In this document: piece after piece, positions 1-7,726 of the stretch | Layout: each line of letters begins with the position of its first letter | Position numbering within the stretch: the stretch's first letter is position 1 | Assembly (NCBI RefSeq): GCF_000171235.2 | Contig: NZ_ABEA03000010.1 | Location: 14,590-46,589 of the forward strand | Length of the DNA stretch: 32,000 nt | Source of the DNA: Geminisphaera colitermitum TAV2 | GTDB taxonomy: Bacteria; Verrucomicrobiota; Verrucomicrobiia; Opitutales; Opitutaceae | Direction of reading: 5' to 3' | Notes under the pieces: generated by a model | What the model was told of the DNA's origin: nothing | Seen by the model: the letters and a program-made list of their open reading frames with translations, nothing else | The model's database searches: none | Translations under genes and position numbers: made by a program

Positions 1-71
1 CATTCCGCACGCCAACGACATTCGCTCCATCTCACCACGCCCGGCGGAGGTCTCGGAGAGACCTCCCTGCC
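1..71. repeat. Right half of a REPIN-like palindromic element (family A), cut by the window edge
   Basis: nt 1-71 match 1121-1191 at 69 of 71 positions. The segment ends in the arm cggaggtctcggagagacctccc. Confidence 0.8.
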
Positions 72-91
72 AGGTTTTTCTCACATTTCCC

Positions 92-1093
92 ATGCCCACT
101 GCAACAGCCCCCTCTTCCGCCTACGACGTCGTTGTCCTCGGCATGAACGTCGTGGACATCCTCACCGAAGTTCCCGCCATCGTCACGCCCGACGCCAAAC
201 ACGAAGTCGAAAAAATCCTCGTGCAAGGAGGCGGCCCCGCTTCGACCGCCTCCTGCCAGATCGCCTCGCTCGGCTGGCGCACCGCCTTCGTCGGACGCCA
301 CGGACGCAACACCATCAGCGCCATTTCCGAAGCCGAGTTTGCCCGCTGCGGCGTGCTCCCCGACCTCTTTCTCCGCGACGATCCCGATGCCCAGCCCGCC
401 GTTGCCATCGTCGAAGTGGATCGCGCGAAACAACAGCGTACCGTCTTCTTTTCCACCACCGGCTGTCCCAAGCTCACCGCTGCCGAAGTTCCTGTCGAAG
501 CCATCCGCCGCGCCCGGGCCATCCTCGTTGACGGTTACGAAACAGCCGCTTCCCGCGCCGCGCTTCTTGCCGCCCGCGACGCAGGCATCCGTTCCGTCCT
601 CGACATCGAAGCCGGTCCGCCTGACACGCTTCGCGAACTCCTCTCACTCGGCACCGATGCGATTCTTCCCCTCGCCGCCGCCCTCAAACTCACCGGTGCC
701 GCCACGCCTGCCGACTCCCTTCGCGCCCTCTCGCGCCACACCGCCGCGCAACTCCTCATCACCGACGGGGCCAATGGTAGTTGGGCATTGGATACCGAAA
801 AAAATCCAGATGGAGTGATCCACCACCAGCCCGCCTTTCCGGTCAACGTCATCGATACCACTGGTTGCGGTGACTGTTATCACGCCGCCTATCTCTCCGC
901 GCTCCTCTCCGGCTGGTCGTTGCCACTGCGCATGGAGTTTGCGAGTTGGGTGGCAGGCTACGTGGCCGAAGCCCTCGGCGGTCGCACGCACCTGCCTACG
1001 CGCGCCGCCCTCCGTGCCCGCGACCAGTCGATGCTCTCGCCCGCGTTGCGCGAATGTCTTGCTGGTTTTCTGAAGATAACACCGACCCGGTAG
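92..1093 (+). CDS. PfkB-family carbohydrate kinase (ribokinase-like)
   Basis: 333-aa ORF. N-terminal VVVLGMNVVDIL and a GG motif (VQGGGPAS). C-terminal PfkB signature DTTGCGDCYHAAYLSALL. The stop codon TAG lies inside the repeat at 1089-1191. Confidence 0.8.
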   Translation: MPTATAPSSAYDVVVLGMNVVDILTEVPAIVTPDAKHEVEKILVQGGGPASTASCQIASLGWRTAFVGRHGRNTISAISEAEFARCGVLPDLFLRDDPDAQPAVAIVEVDRAKQQRTVFFSTTGCPKLTAAEVPVEAIRRARAILVDGYETAASRAALLAARDAGIRSVLDIEAGPPDTLRELLSLGTDAILPLAAALKLTGAATPADSLRALSRHTAAQLLITDGANGSWALDTEKNPDGVIHHQPAFPVNVIDTTGCGDCYHAAYLSALLSGWSLPLRMEFASWVAGYVAEALGGRTHLPTRAALRARDQSMLSPALRECLAGFLKITPTR

Positions 1094-1191
1094 GGAGGCC
1101 TCTCCGAGGCCTCCGCGCTACGTTCCGCACGCCAACGACATTCGCTCCATCTCACCACGCCCGGCGGAGGTCTCGGAGAGACCTCCCTACC
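1089..1191. repeat. REPIN-like palindromic element, family A (complete)
   Basis: Arms are ggtagggaggcctctccgaggcctccg and cggaggtctcggagagacctccctacc, around a ~50-nt core. Each arm also folds locally as an 8-bp stem with a 3-nt loop. Confidence 0.85.
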
Positions 1192-1221
1192 TTGTTCTGG
1201 CAATTCAGCCCTTTCCAAACC

Positions 1222-2220
1222 ATGCGCCTCCTCACCAACCGCTCCGACGTCCTTGACCGCTTCCGCCACGCGGGCGAACACCATTCACCCATCCTCTGCC
1301 CCAATGCCGAGACGCCCGACGAAATCGAGGGCATCCTCCTCGGCGCACAACGTCACCTGCATCGTCAGTCCCCCCCCCCCCCCTCCGCCGCTACGCCTGC
1401 TCCAACGCGAATCACCATTGGCATTGGTTTTACCGCCAGTTACCCCGACCACCCGCAACTGGGACGCCTTGCGTTACCCGGACGTTCCCTTGCAGACACC
1501 GCTCATATCTGGCTGTATTGGATTTCCAATTACGCAGACCGGTCCGGTCTGTTTGACGACATCGACGTGATCCCCTTTCTCGATCACGGCTGGGCTCCGC
1601 ATGACGCCGACCTCGAACTCATGCACGAGACATGGTTTCAGGACGCGCTCGGCATCCTGATGTTTGATGCCAGCGCGTTCGACCCCGGGGAAAACATCCG
1701 TCTCACCGCCGCCTTCGCCGCTCGCGCCCGGGCTCGTGTAGTCATCGAAGCCTGCCCCGACAAGGTGTATGAACACGCCGAGCTTCTGCGCAACAACCTC
1801 AACGAAGCCGACCTGCTCTCCGATCCTTCCTTTGTCGAAAACTACGTCCGGCAGACCGGTGTTGATCTCATCGTTCCCAACCTCGGCACCGAGCACCGCA
1901 CCGCCAGCGCCGCAGCGCTCGAATACCGTCGTGACCTTGCCTGCGACATCACCCGGCGTGTTGGTCCGATCCAAGCGCTGCACGGCACCAGCAGTCTCGG
2001 CGGCAGGCTTGGCACCGTTGGGACCGACGGCATCGTGAAAATCAACTACTACACCGCCATGGCCCGCGCCGCTACCAGCGCCTTGCAAGCCTCCCTCCCC
2101 CCCCCCCCCCCCTCCACGCGTCCGCTTCCCATTGTCCAAGCCTGCGGCAGTCACATCCATTGCACTCGACGCGAGGCCATTGCCCAAAACATCGCCGCCA
2201 CCCTCGCCGCGCTCTCCTGA
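1222..2220 (+). CDS. Class II (FBA/tagatose-bisphosphate type) aldolase-family protein with two poly-Pro inserts
   Basis: ATG at 1222 lies in the frame of ORF 946-2220; the part upstream of 1222 overlaps pfkB and the repeat. Blocks resemble recalled GatY/FbaA motifs: IPFLDHGW, ILMFDASAF, VPNLGTEHR, ALHGTSSL, VKINYYTAM. C14 (1370-1383) and C16 (2097-2112) are read as PPPP and PPPPP. Confidence 0.55.
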   Translation: MRLLTNRSDVLDRFRHAGEHHSPILCPNAETPDEIEGILLGAQRHLHRQSPPPPSAATPAPTRITIGIGFTASYPDHPQLGRLALPGRSLADTAHIWLYWISNYADRSGLFDDIDVIPFLDHGWAPHDADLELMHETWFQDALGILMFDASAFDPGENIRLTAAFAARARARVVIEACPDKVYEHAELLRNNLNEADLLSDPSFVENYVRQTGVDLIVPNLGTEHRTASAAALEYRRDLACDITRRVGPIQALHGTSSLGGRLGTVGTDGIVKINYYTAMARAATSALQASLPPPPPSTRPLPIVQACGSHIHCTRREAIAQNIAATLAALS

Positions 2221-2300
2221 GAATTCAGGGCATTGATTAATCACAAAAACACAAAGATACAGAGACTCATCCAACCAATTTTTCAAAAGCATAGTCTCCC

Positions 2301-4511
2301 ATGACCCGCCCGCTCACCTTTCGCATCAACGGCCTCGTTCTCCAATTCCACATCGCGCCCGACGCTCCTGTGTGTTTCACCCTCGGCACTCGTCCGGCGT
2401 CCGCCAAACGCACCACTCCCGCCTGGCTCAAGTGGGCCCGCCTTGTCGAACTTCAGGCTGCCGGGCACAACCCCGACGACCATCACGGCAACAAATACAC
2501 CGGCACCTCGCCTGCCGACCAACTCCGCCATGCCGCCCATCGTAAAATCAAGGACTCCGTCGGGCGCACCCACATCGAAATCGATCAAAACGCCCGCATT
2601 CCCGAGGGAAAACTCCACGTCACCACGCACCTGCAATTTATCCCCGGCCAGCCCGCCTTCCGCATCTGGAACGACATTCGTCTCGAAAAAACGTCTCCGC
2701 GCCGAGCGCCCAATGCCGCGTCATTGTTTCTCGAATACGCTGCGAGCCTCGCCCTTGGCGGCATCTCCGCCGACGCCATCGGACAACGTTGGGCCGAAAA
2801 AATGCGCCTCCATCTCCCCGACAACAACTGGTGCGCCGAATGCCAGTGGCGATCCGGTCCGCTCTTACAGTTTGGCCTGCATCAGTTCTATGCCCCGGAC
2901 CGAAAAAGCTCTCCCTTCGGAGTGGACCGCATCTCGGTCTCCAGTCAGGGCACCTGGTCCACCGCCGGTGCGCTGCCCCTTGCCGCGCTCGAAAATATTG
3001 CCACCGGTGAAACCTTGTATTGGCAAATCGAACACAACGGTTCCTGGCATTGGGAGATCTCCGACATCGCCGGAGAACTTTATCTGCGCGCCTCCGGTCC
3101 CACTTACCGCGAAGGACACTGGAGCAAACACCTCGGCCCCGGCGATACGTTCACGACTGCTCCTGTCGTTTGCGGCATCGTGACCCATTCCCCCGATAAG
3201 GGAAGCGGACTTCAAGCCGCGCTCCGTTCACTCACCGCCGTCCGCCGCGCCACGCGTCGTCCGCATCCCGACAACCGCGCGCTCTCCGTCATTTTCAACG
3301 ACTACATGAACTGTCTCTCCGGCGACCCCACCGAGGAAAAGCTGCGTCCCCTCATTGCCCGCGCCGCCGCCACTGGTTGCGAGTATTTTGTGATCGACGC
3401 CGGCTGGTATGCCGATGCCGGGCGCTCCTGGTGGGACACGGTTGGCGAGTGGCAGCCCTCGGCCAGTCGCTTCCCCTGCGGCCTGCCCGCCCTTCTCCAA
3501 ACCATCCGCGATCATGGCATGATTCCCGGTTTGTGGCTGGAGATTGAAGTCATGGGCATCCATTGCCCGCTCGCCGCCACGTTGCCCGACGACTGGTTTT
3601 TCCAACGCGACGGACGCCGCATCATCGATCATGGCCGCTACCAACTCGATTTTCGCAACCCGGCAGTCCGCGCTCATGCCACCGCCATCATCGACCGGCT
3701 CGTCAGCGATTACGGCGCCGGCTACATCAAGATGGATTACAACATCAACGCCGGTCCCGGCACCGACCACGCCGCTGATTCTCCCGGCGATGGACTCCTC
3801 GCTCACAATCGCGCCTACCTCGCGTGGATGGATTCCATTATCGACCGCCATCCCTCCCTCGTTGTCGAAAATTGCGGCAGTGGCGGACTGCGCATGGATG
3901 CCGCCATGCTCAACCATCACCCGATCCAGTCCGTCACCGATCAGACCGACTACCGTTACAACGCCGTTATTGCCGCCGCGGCCGCCTCTGCTGTCACGCC
4001 CGAGCAGGCCGCGATTTGGAGTTACCCGCTCCCGGAGGGCGACGAAGAAGAAACGATTTTCAACATGGTCAACGCGCTCCTCCTGCGCATTCACCAGAGC
4101 GGATGTATCATGGATCTTGATACGCGTCGTCTCGCCCGCGTCACCGAGGCGATTGCGCTCTACAAAAACACTCTCCGCGCCGACATCCCGCGTTCGCTCC
4201 CGTTCTGGCCGCTCGGGCTTCCGTGTTCCGGAGACGGCTGGCTCGCTTTCGGTCTCGACTGCCCCGCGACGCGTAGCCGCCCCGCCCGGCGTTACCTTGC
4301 CGTGTGGCGACTCGACGGAAAAAACAAAACCTGCGTCCTTCCGCTTCCCGGATTAGAACCGAATGGCCGGAGCCGTAATGTGACCGTGACAGCAGAGTGC
4401 ATTTATCCGCAGCGCAAACCGACGCCCTGCGTCTGGGATGCGCGCCGCGCCGTCCTTGAAGTCACGCTGGCACGTCCTTTCACGGCCCGGTTGTTTCGGT
4501 TGGAAGGTTGA
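2301..4511 (+). CDS. GH36 alpha-galactosidase
   Basis: 736 aa. Motifs FVIDAGWY, IPGLWLEIEV, YIKMDYN and ENCGSGGLRMD are typical of GH36 melibiase-type catalytic domains. Confidence 0.85.
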   Translation: MTRPLTFRINGLVLQFHIAPDAPVCFTLGTRPASAKRTTPAWLKWARLVELQAAGHNPDDHHGNKYTGTSPADQLRHAAHRKIKDSVGRTHIEIDQNARIPEGKLHVTTHLQFIPGQPAFRIWNDIRLEKTSPRRAPNAASLFLEYAASLALGGISADAIGQRWAEKMRLHLPDNNWCAECQWRSGPLLQFGLHQFYAPDRKSSPFGVDRISVSSQGTWSTAGALPLAALENIATGETLYWQIEHNGSWHWEISDIAGELYLRASGPTYREGHWSKHLGPGDTFTTAPVVCGIVTHSPDKGSGLQAALRSLTAVRRATRRPHPDNRALSVIFNDYMNCLSGDPTEEKLRPLIARAAATGCEYFVIDAGWYADAGRSWWDTVGEWQPSASRFPCGLPALLQTIRDHGMIPGLWLEIEVMGIHCPLAATLPDDWFFQRDGRRIIDHGRYQLDFRNPAVRAHATAIIDRLVSDYGAGYIKMDYNINAGPGTDHAADSPGDGLLAHNRAYLAWMDSIIDRHPSLVVENCGSGGLRMDAAMLNHHPIQSVTDQTDYRYNAVIAAAAASAVTPEQAAIWSYPLPEGDEEETIFNMVNALLLRIHQSGCIMDLDTRRLARVTEAIALYKNTLRADIPRSLPFWPLGLPCSGDGWLAFGLDCPATRSRPARRYLAVWRLDGKNKTCVLPLPGLEPNGRSRNVTVTAECIYPQRKPTPCVWDARRAVLEVTLARPFTARLFRLEG

Positions 4512-4539
4512 GGCAAGGGGGGGGGGGGGGAGGAGAGGA

Positions 4540-4890
4540 ATGGCTGCAAACCGGGGATTTTATTTCCAATCCTGTTTCAACAGCGGGCAGCGGGTCGAGG
4601 ACCATTTCGTTGAGGTCACCGATATGGTCGGAATTGGCAGTGGAGCCCGGCGTCCGCTCAAGACAGTGATGATGTCGCGCTATGCCTGTTATCTCGTCAT
4701 CCAGAATGCCGATCCTGCGAAGGAGATCGTGGCCCAGGGGCAGACGTATTTTGCGCTCCAGACGCGACGGCAGGAACTCAGTGATGAACAGGTGGAGGAG
4801 CAGCGCCGGCTCGCCATCCGTTCCGATTTGAGGAGGCACAACAGCCGCGAATGGTTCTTCGACGTTTTCAGTGGAAACTCGATAAGTTGA
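4540..4890 (+). pseudogene. dinD: Remnant of DNA-damage-inducible protein D (DinD-like), truncated at both ends
   Basis: DHFVEVTDMVGIGSGARRPLKTVMMSRYACYLVIQNADPAKEIVAQGQTYFALQTRRQELSDE closely resembles the central part of E. coli DinD as recalled (SRYACYLVVQNGDPAK...GQTYFAIQTRRQEL). Only ~100 of ~270 aa are present. The remnant is bounded by a G14 tract on the 5' side and a long palindrome on the 3' side. Confidence 0.6.
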
Positions 4891-4898
4891 TATAGTGG

Positions 4899-5147
4899 GA
4901 GTTGGCGCGGTAGCGCCCGTAGCGCAGGCATCTTGCCTGCCATCTAAATTGATTGCGCGAAGCGCGGTGACATCGATTTGTCACGTAGTTCGGTGCTTTA
5001 TTGCCAATCCGAACCGTGCGACTCACGAATACGCAGAGGTAACGGTTCGGGCTAAAGCTCCGAACTACGTCAAGGCAAGCGGCGCTTCGCGCAGTAGATT
5101 GGATTGCAGGCAAGATGCCTGCGCTACGGGCGCTGCCGCGCCAACTC
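4899..5147. repeat. 249-nt nested long palindrome (42-nt outer arms, 1 mismatch)
   Basis: Left arm gagttggcgcggtagcgcccgtagcgcaggcatcttgcctgc (4899-4940) pairs with right arm gcaggcaagatgcctgcgctacgggcgctgccgcgccaactc (5106-5147). Inner tiers also pair: attgcgcgaagcgc with gcgcttcgcgcagt, and acgtagttcgg with ccgaactacgt. Confidence 0.85.
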
Positions 5148-5212
5148 TCGTCTATCCACCGAAAACGTCGAAAAACCCCGCGAATAGACGCGTACCGAGC
5201 GAAGGATAAGTT

Positions 5213-5325
5213 GACCACGGATTGCACGGATTTTTCGGAGATTACACGGATGGGAAATCATCTGTTTTTTCCTTCTGAAAATTCCTGCCTTTATCCGGTT
5301 TGTTAAATCAGTGGAATCCGTGGTT
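5213..5325. repeat. Palindromic element of the ccacggat type, related to the ccacggagg elements in the DGR
   Basis: Left arm gaccacggattgcacggattt pairs with right arm aaatcagtggaatccgtggtt. The arms are ~22 nt around a ~65-nt AT-rich core. Confidence 0.7.
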
Positions 5326-5404
5326 TATAGATTTCATTCGCGATCATTGGCGACCATTCGCGCTTGGTTTGTTGGCTTGGGGAACAGAGTTTTTAGAACC
5401 TCCC

Positions 5405-6964
5405 TCATGACGATTCAACTTGAACGGAGCGGTTCGGGCTGAGGCTCCGAACTACGGGACATGTCAGTTGGGCGCGGGGGGTGAGCGTGTAAACATGGGG
5501 GCGCGGGCGGGCGGTGTCGCGGATTTTTGTAACGAGTTCGCGGATACGCTGCTGGCTGGCCGTCTCCGTGGGTTTCACTTTGAGGTAACGTTGCACGATG
5601 CCGCGGTTGTAGTTGTCCATGCGGTTGTCGCTGCCGGTCCATTTTTCGACGAGGGCTTCGAGTTGCGGGCGGACGGCGTCAAAACTGACGGGATGTGGCA
5701 CGTCTTTGAGCTGCCAGTGTTCGGCTTGAGCGACGCCGCGGTCGGCGTGGGCGACAAGGGCACGCCATTGCATGACGAGTTCGAGGACGGCGGCGGATTG
5801 TTTCGCCTGCGGCGTGTCGGGGCGTGTGGCAAGGTTGATGCCTGCGGCGAGTTGGGCGGCGGTCCAGGTGCCGATGGTTTGGTTGTCAATGGTCAGGGTG
5901 TGGCTGCCGGGCGCGAGTCCGGTGATGACAAGGGTTTCTCGGTTGAGGTCGTCGGTGAAGGGAACGTAGTCGAGCGCGGGCGTGGCGTTTTTCTCGATGG
6001 GACAGGGGAGGGCGGCGGCGTTGACGGTAAAGGTGAGGGTGGCGTTTTGTTCCAAGCCGTCGCCCGCGGTGGTGGTGGTGTGCGTGAGGTCGGTGACGGT
6101 GGCGTTGCGGGTTTCAGTGATGCGGGGGGCGGAGGAGGCGGGCGAAGCATCGATGGCCACATGCGAGATTTCGGCGGGAGCCCCCTGGCTTTTGAGGAAG
6201 TAGTAGGCCATGACAAGGTGACCGGCCTGGCGCGGGTGGACGCGGTCGGGGCCGATAAGGGTGAAGGCGGGGTCGGCTTGCTGGAGTTTCGCGTTGAGCG
6301 CGGTCATGGGGTGGTGGATTTCGATAAGCCCGATGCGGCCGTTGCTGGCGGCGGCGGTGTCGCGGGCGAATTGAGCGCAGTCAGCGAGGGCGAGAGAGTT
6401 GACGCCGGGGAGGTTGGGGCGGTCGCTCTTCATGGTTTCGTCGTAGATCGAGGGGGTGAGGAGCTGCACGCGCGCGCCGTCGGCTTGGAGGCGGGCGATG
6501 AGTTGTGTCATGTTTTTTCGATACGCGGCGAGGGCGTCGGCGCGGCGCTTGGCGATGCCGGGCGCGGGTTCGGTGTCGGGGGTGTTGGGGTCGGCGGGGG
6601 GGGGGAGGGGGGCGTAGAGGCTGCGGCTGACGTCGTTCATGCCCATCATGATGGTGGCGACGGTGGGTTTTTTGGTGTCGGAAACGATGTCCCAGTCATA
6701 GCGGCGGAGGGCACCGGCGGCGGAGTCGCCGGAGATTCCGCAGTTGTAGATGTCAATGGTGCGGTCGGGAAAGCGTGTGGCGTAGTAGGCGGCGATCCAG
6801 GTGTGGTAGTATCCGTTTTGCGTGACGCTGTCGCCGACGACGGCCCAACGGTCGCCGTCGCGGAAGAGGTCGGCAGTGGCGGTGATGGTGTCGGCGCGGG
6901 CAGAGGCGGCGATGAAAACGAGCGCGGTGAGCAGCAGGGCGGAGACGGAGATATGATGGCGCAT
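5405..6964 (-). CDS. Secreted SGNH/GDSL-family hydrolase with C-terminal extension
   Basis: 519 aa with a signal peptide (SALLLTALVFIAASARA). SGNH blocks are VVGDSVTQNG, CGISGDSA, MMGMNDV and DRVHP. An internal G10/G6 tract (6596-6612) is read as PLPPP. Confidence 0.75.
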   Translation of the reverse strand: MRHHISVSALLLTALVFIAASARADTITATADLFRDGDRWAVVGDSVTQNGYYHTWIAAYYATRFPDRTIDIYNCGISGDSAAGALRRYDWDIVSDTKKPTVATIMMGMNDVSRSLYAPLPPPADPNTPDTEPAPGIAKRRADALAAYRKNMTQLIARLQADGARVQLLTPSIYDETMKSDRPNLPGVNSLALADCAQFARDTAAASNGRIGLIEIHHPMTALNAKLQQADPAFTLIGPDRVHPRQAGHLVMAYYFLKSQGAPAEISHVAIDASPASSAPRITETRNATVTDLTHTTTTAGDGLEQNATLTFTVNAAALPCPIEKNATPALDYVPFTDDLNRETLVITGLAPGSHTLTIDNQTIGTWTAAQLAAGINLATRPDTPQAKQSAAVLELVMQWRALVAHADRGVAQAEHWQLKDVPHPVSFDAVRPQLEALVEKWTGSDNRMDNYNRGIVQRYLKVKPTETASQQRIRELVTKIRDTARPRPHVYTLTPRAQLTCPVVRSLSPNRSVQVESS

Positions 6965-6974
6965 ACGGGGATGC

Positions 6975-7697
6975 TCAGTAGCGGGCGGGCCATTCGGCGA
7001 GGAGATTTACGCGTCCGTCAAACCAGAGGATGGTGTGTTTGTTGCCGTGCGGTGGGTTTTTGGGGAGGGAGTTGTACCAGCCGCTTTGTCCGGTGATGTA
7101 GGAGTAGGTGACAGTCTGGTCCACCTCAGCGAGTGCCCAAACGCGTGAGGCTCCGCCGAGTATGTCGAGTTCAGAGTAGCGGAGGGGGCGTATGCCTTTG
7201 GTTTCGTCTTTGGGATCAACACCATCGGGTTGCCCGAAGGCACGGTTATCGTTGTTGGGGGATTTGGTTTTATTGAGGTCACACTGGGCAGCAAAGGTGC
7301 AGATGGAGGTATCGTCCGCGATGCCGCGTGAGGGGCAGTGCAGGAGGGGAACGAAGGGATGGAGGCTGCTGGGGATAGTCGCGGGATCGGGATAACCGAG
7401 ATAGGTAGAGAGTCGCCAAGCGAGGGCAGTATTCTCGGCTTTGCCGTAGGTATTTGTGATTTTTGCGTAAACGGGGCCGGGGAGCTTGTCTTTGTTGTCG
7501 TTGATGTAGGCGTGCATGGCGATGCCGACTTGGCGGAGGTTGGAGATGCAGCGGACTTGATGCGCTTTTTTGCGAACGTTGTCGATGGTCCCGAGGATGA
7601 TACCGGCAAGGATTCCAATGATCGCAACGACCGTGAGGAGTTCGATCAGTGTGAAGGCGGCGGATTGGGTGGATCGGGAGTTGTGGCGTTTTTTCAT
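6975..7697 (-). CDS. Prepilin-type N-terminal cleavage/methylation protein with C-terminal H-X9-DG motif
   Basis: Contains AFTLIELLTVVAIIGILAGII (a type IV pilin-like leader and hydrophobic helix). The C-terminus HGNKHTILWFDGRV fits H-X9-DG, as in DUF1559-like PVC proteins. Confidence 0.85.
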   Translation of the reverse strand: MKKRHNSRSTQSAAFTLIELLTVVAIIGILAGIILGTIDNVRKKAHQVRCISNLRQVGIAMHAYINDNKDKLPGPVYAKITNTYGKAENTALAWRLSTYLGYPDPATIPSSLHPFVPLLHCPSRGIADDTSICTFAAQCDLNKTKSPNNDNRAFGQPDGVDPKDETKGIRPLRYSELDILGGASRVWALAEVDQTVTYSYITGQSGWYNSLPKNPPHGNKHTILWFDGRVNLLAEWPARY

Positions 7698-7726
7698 TAC
7701 GGGGAGAGGGGGGGGGGGAGGAGCGG

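Noticed and set aside
946-1221. Upstream part of ORF 946-2220
   Set aside because: It overlaps the 3' end of pfkB in another frame and reads through the family A palindrome. The internal ATG at 1222, just after the repeat, is the plausible start.
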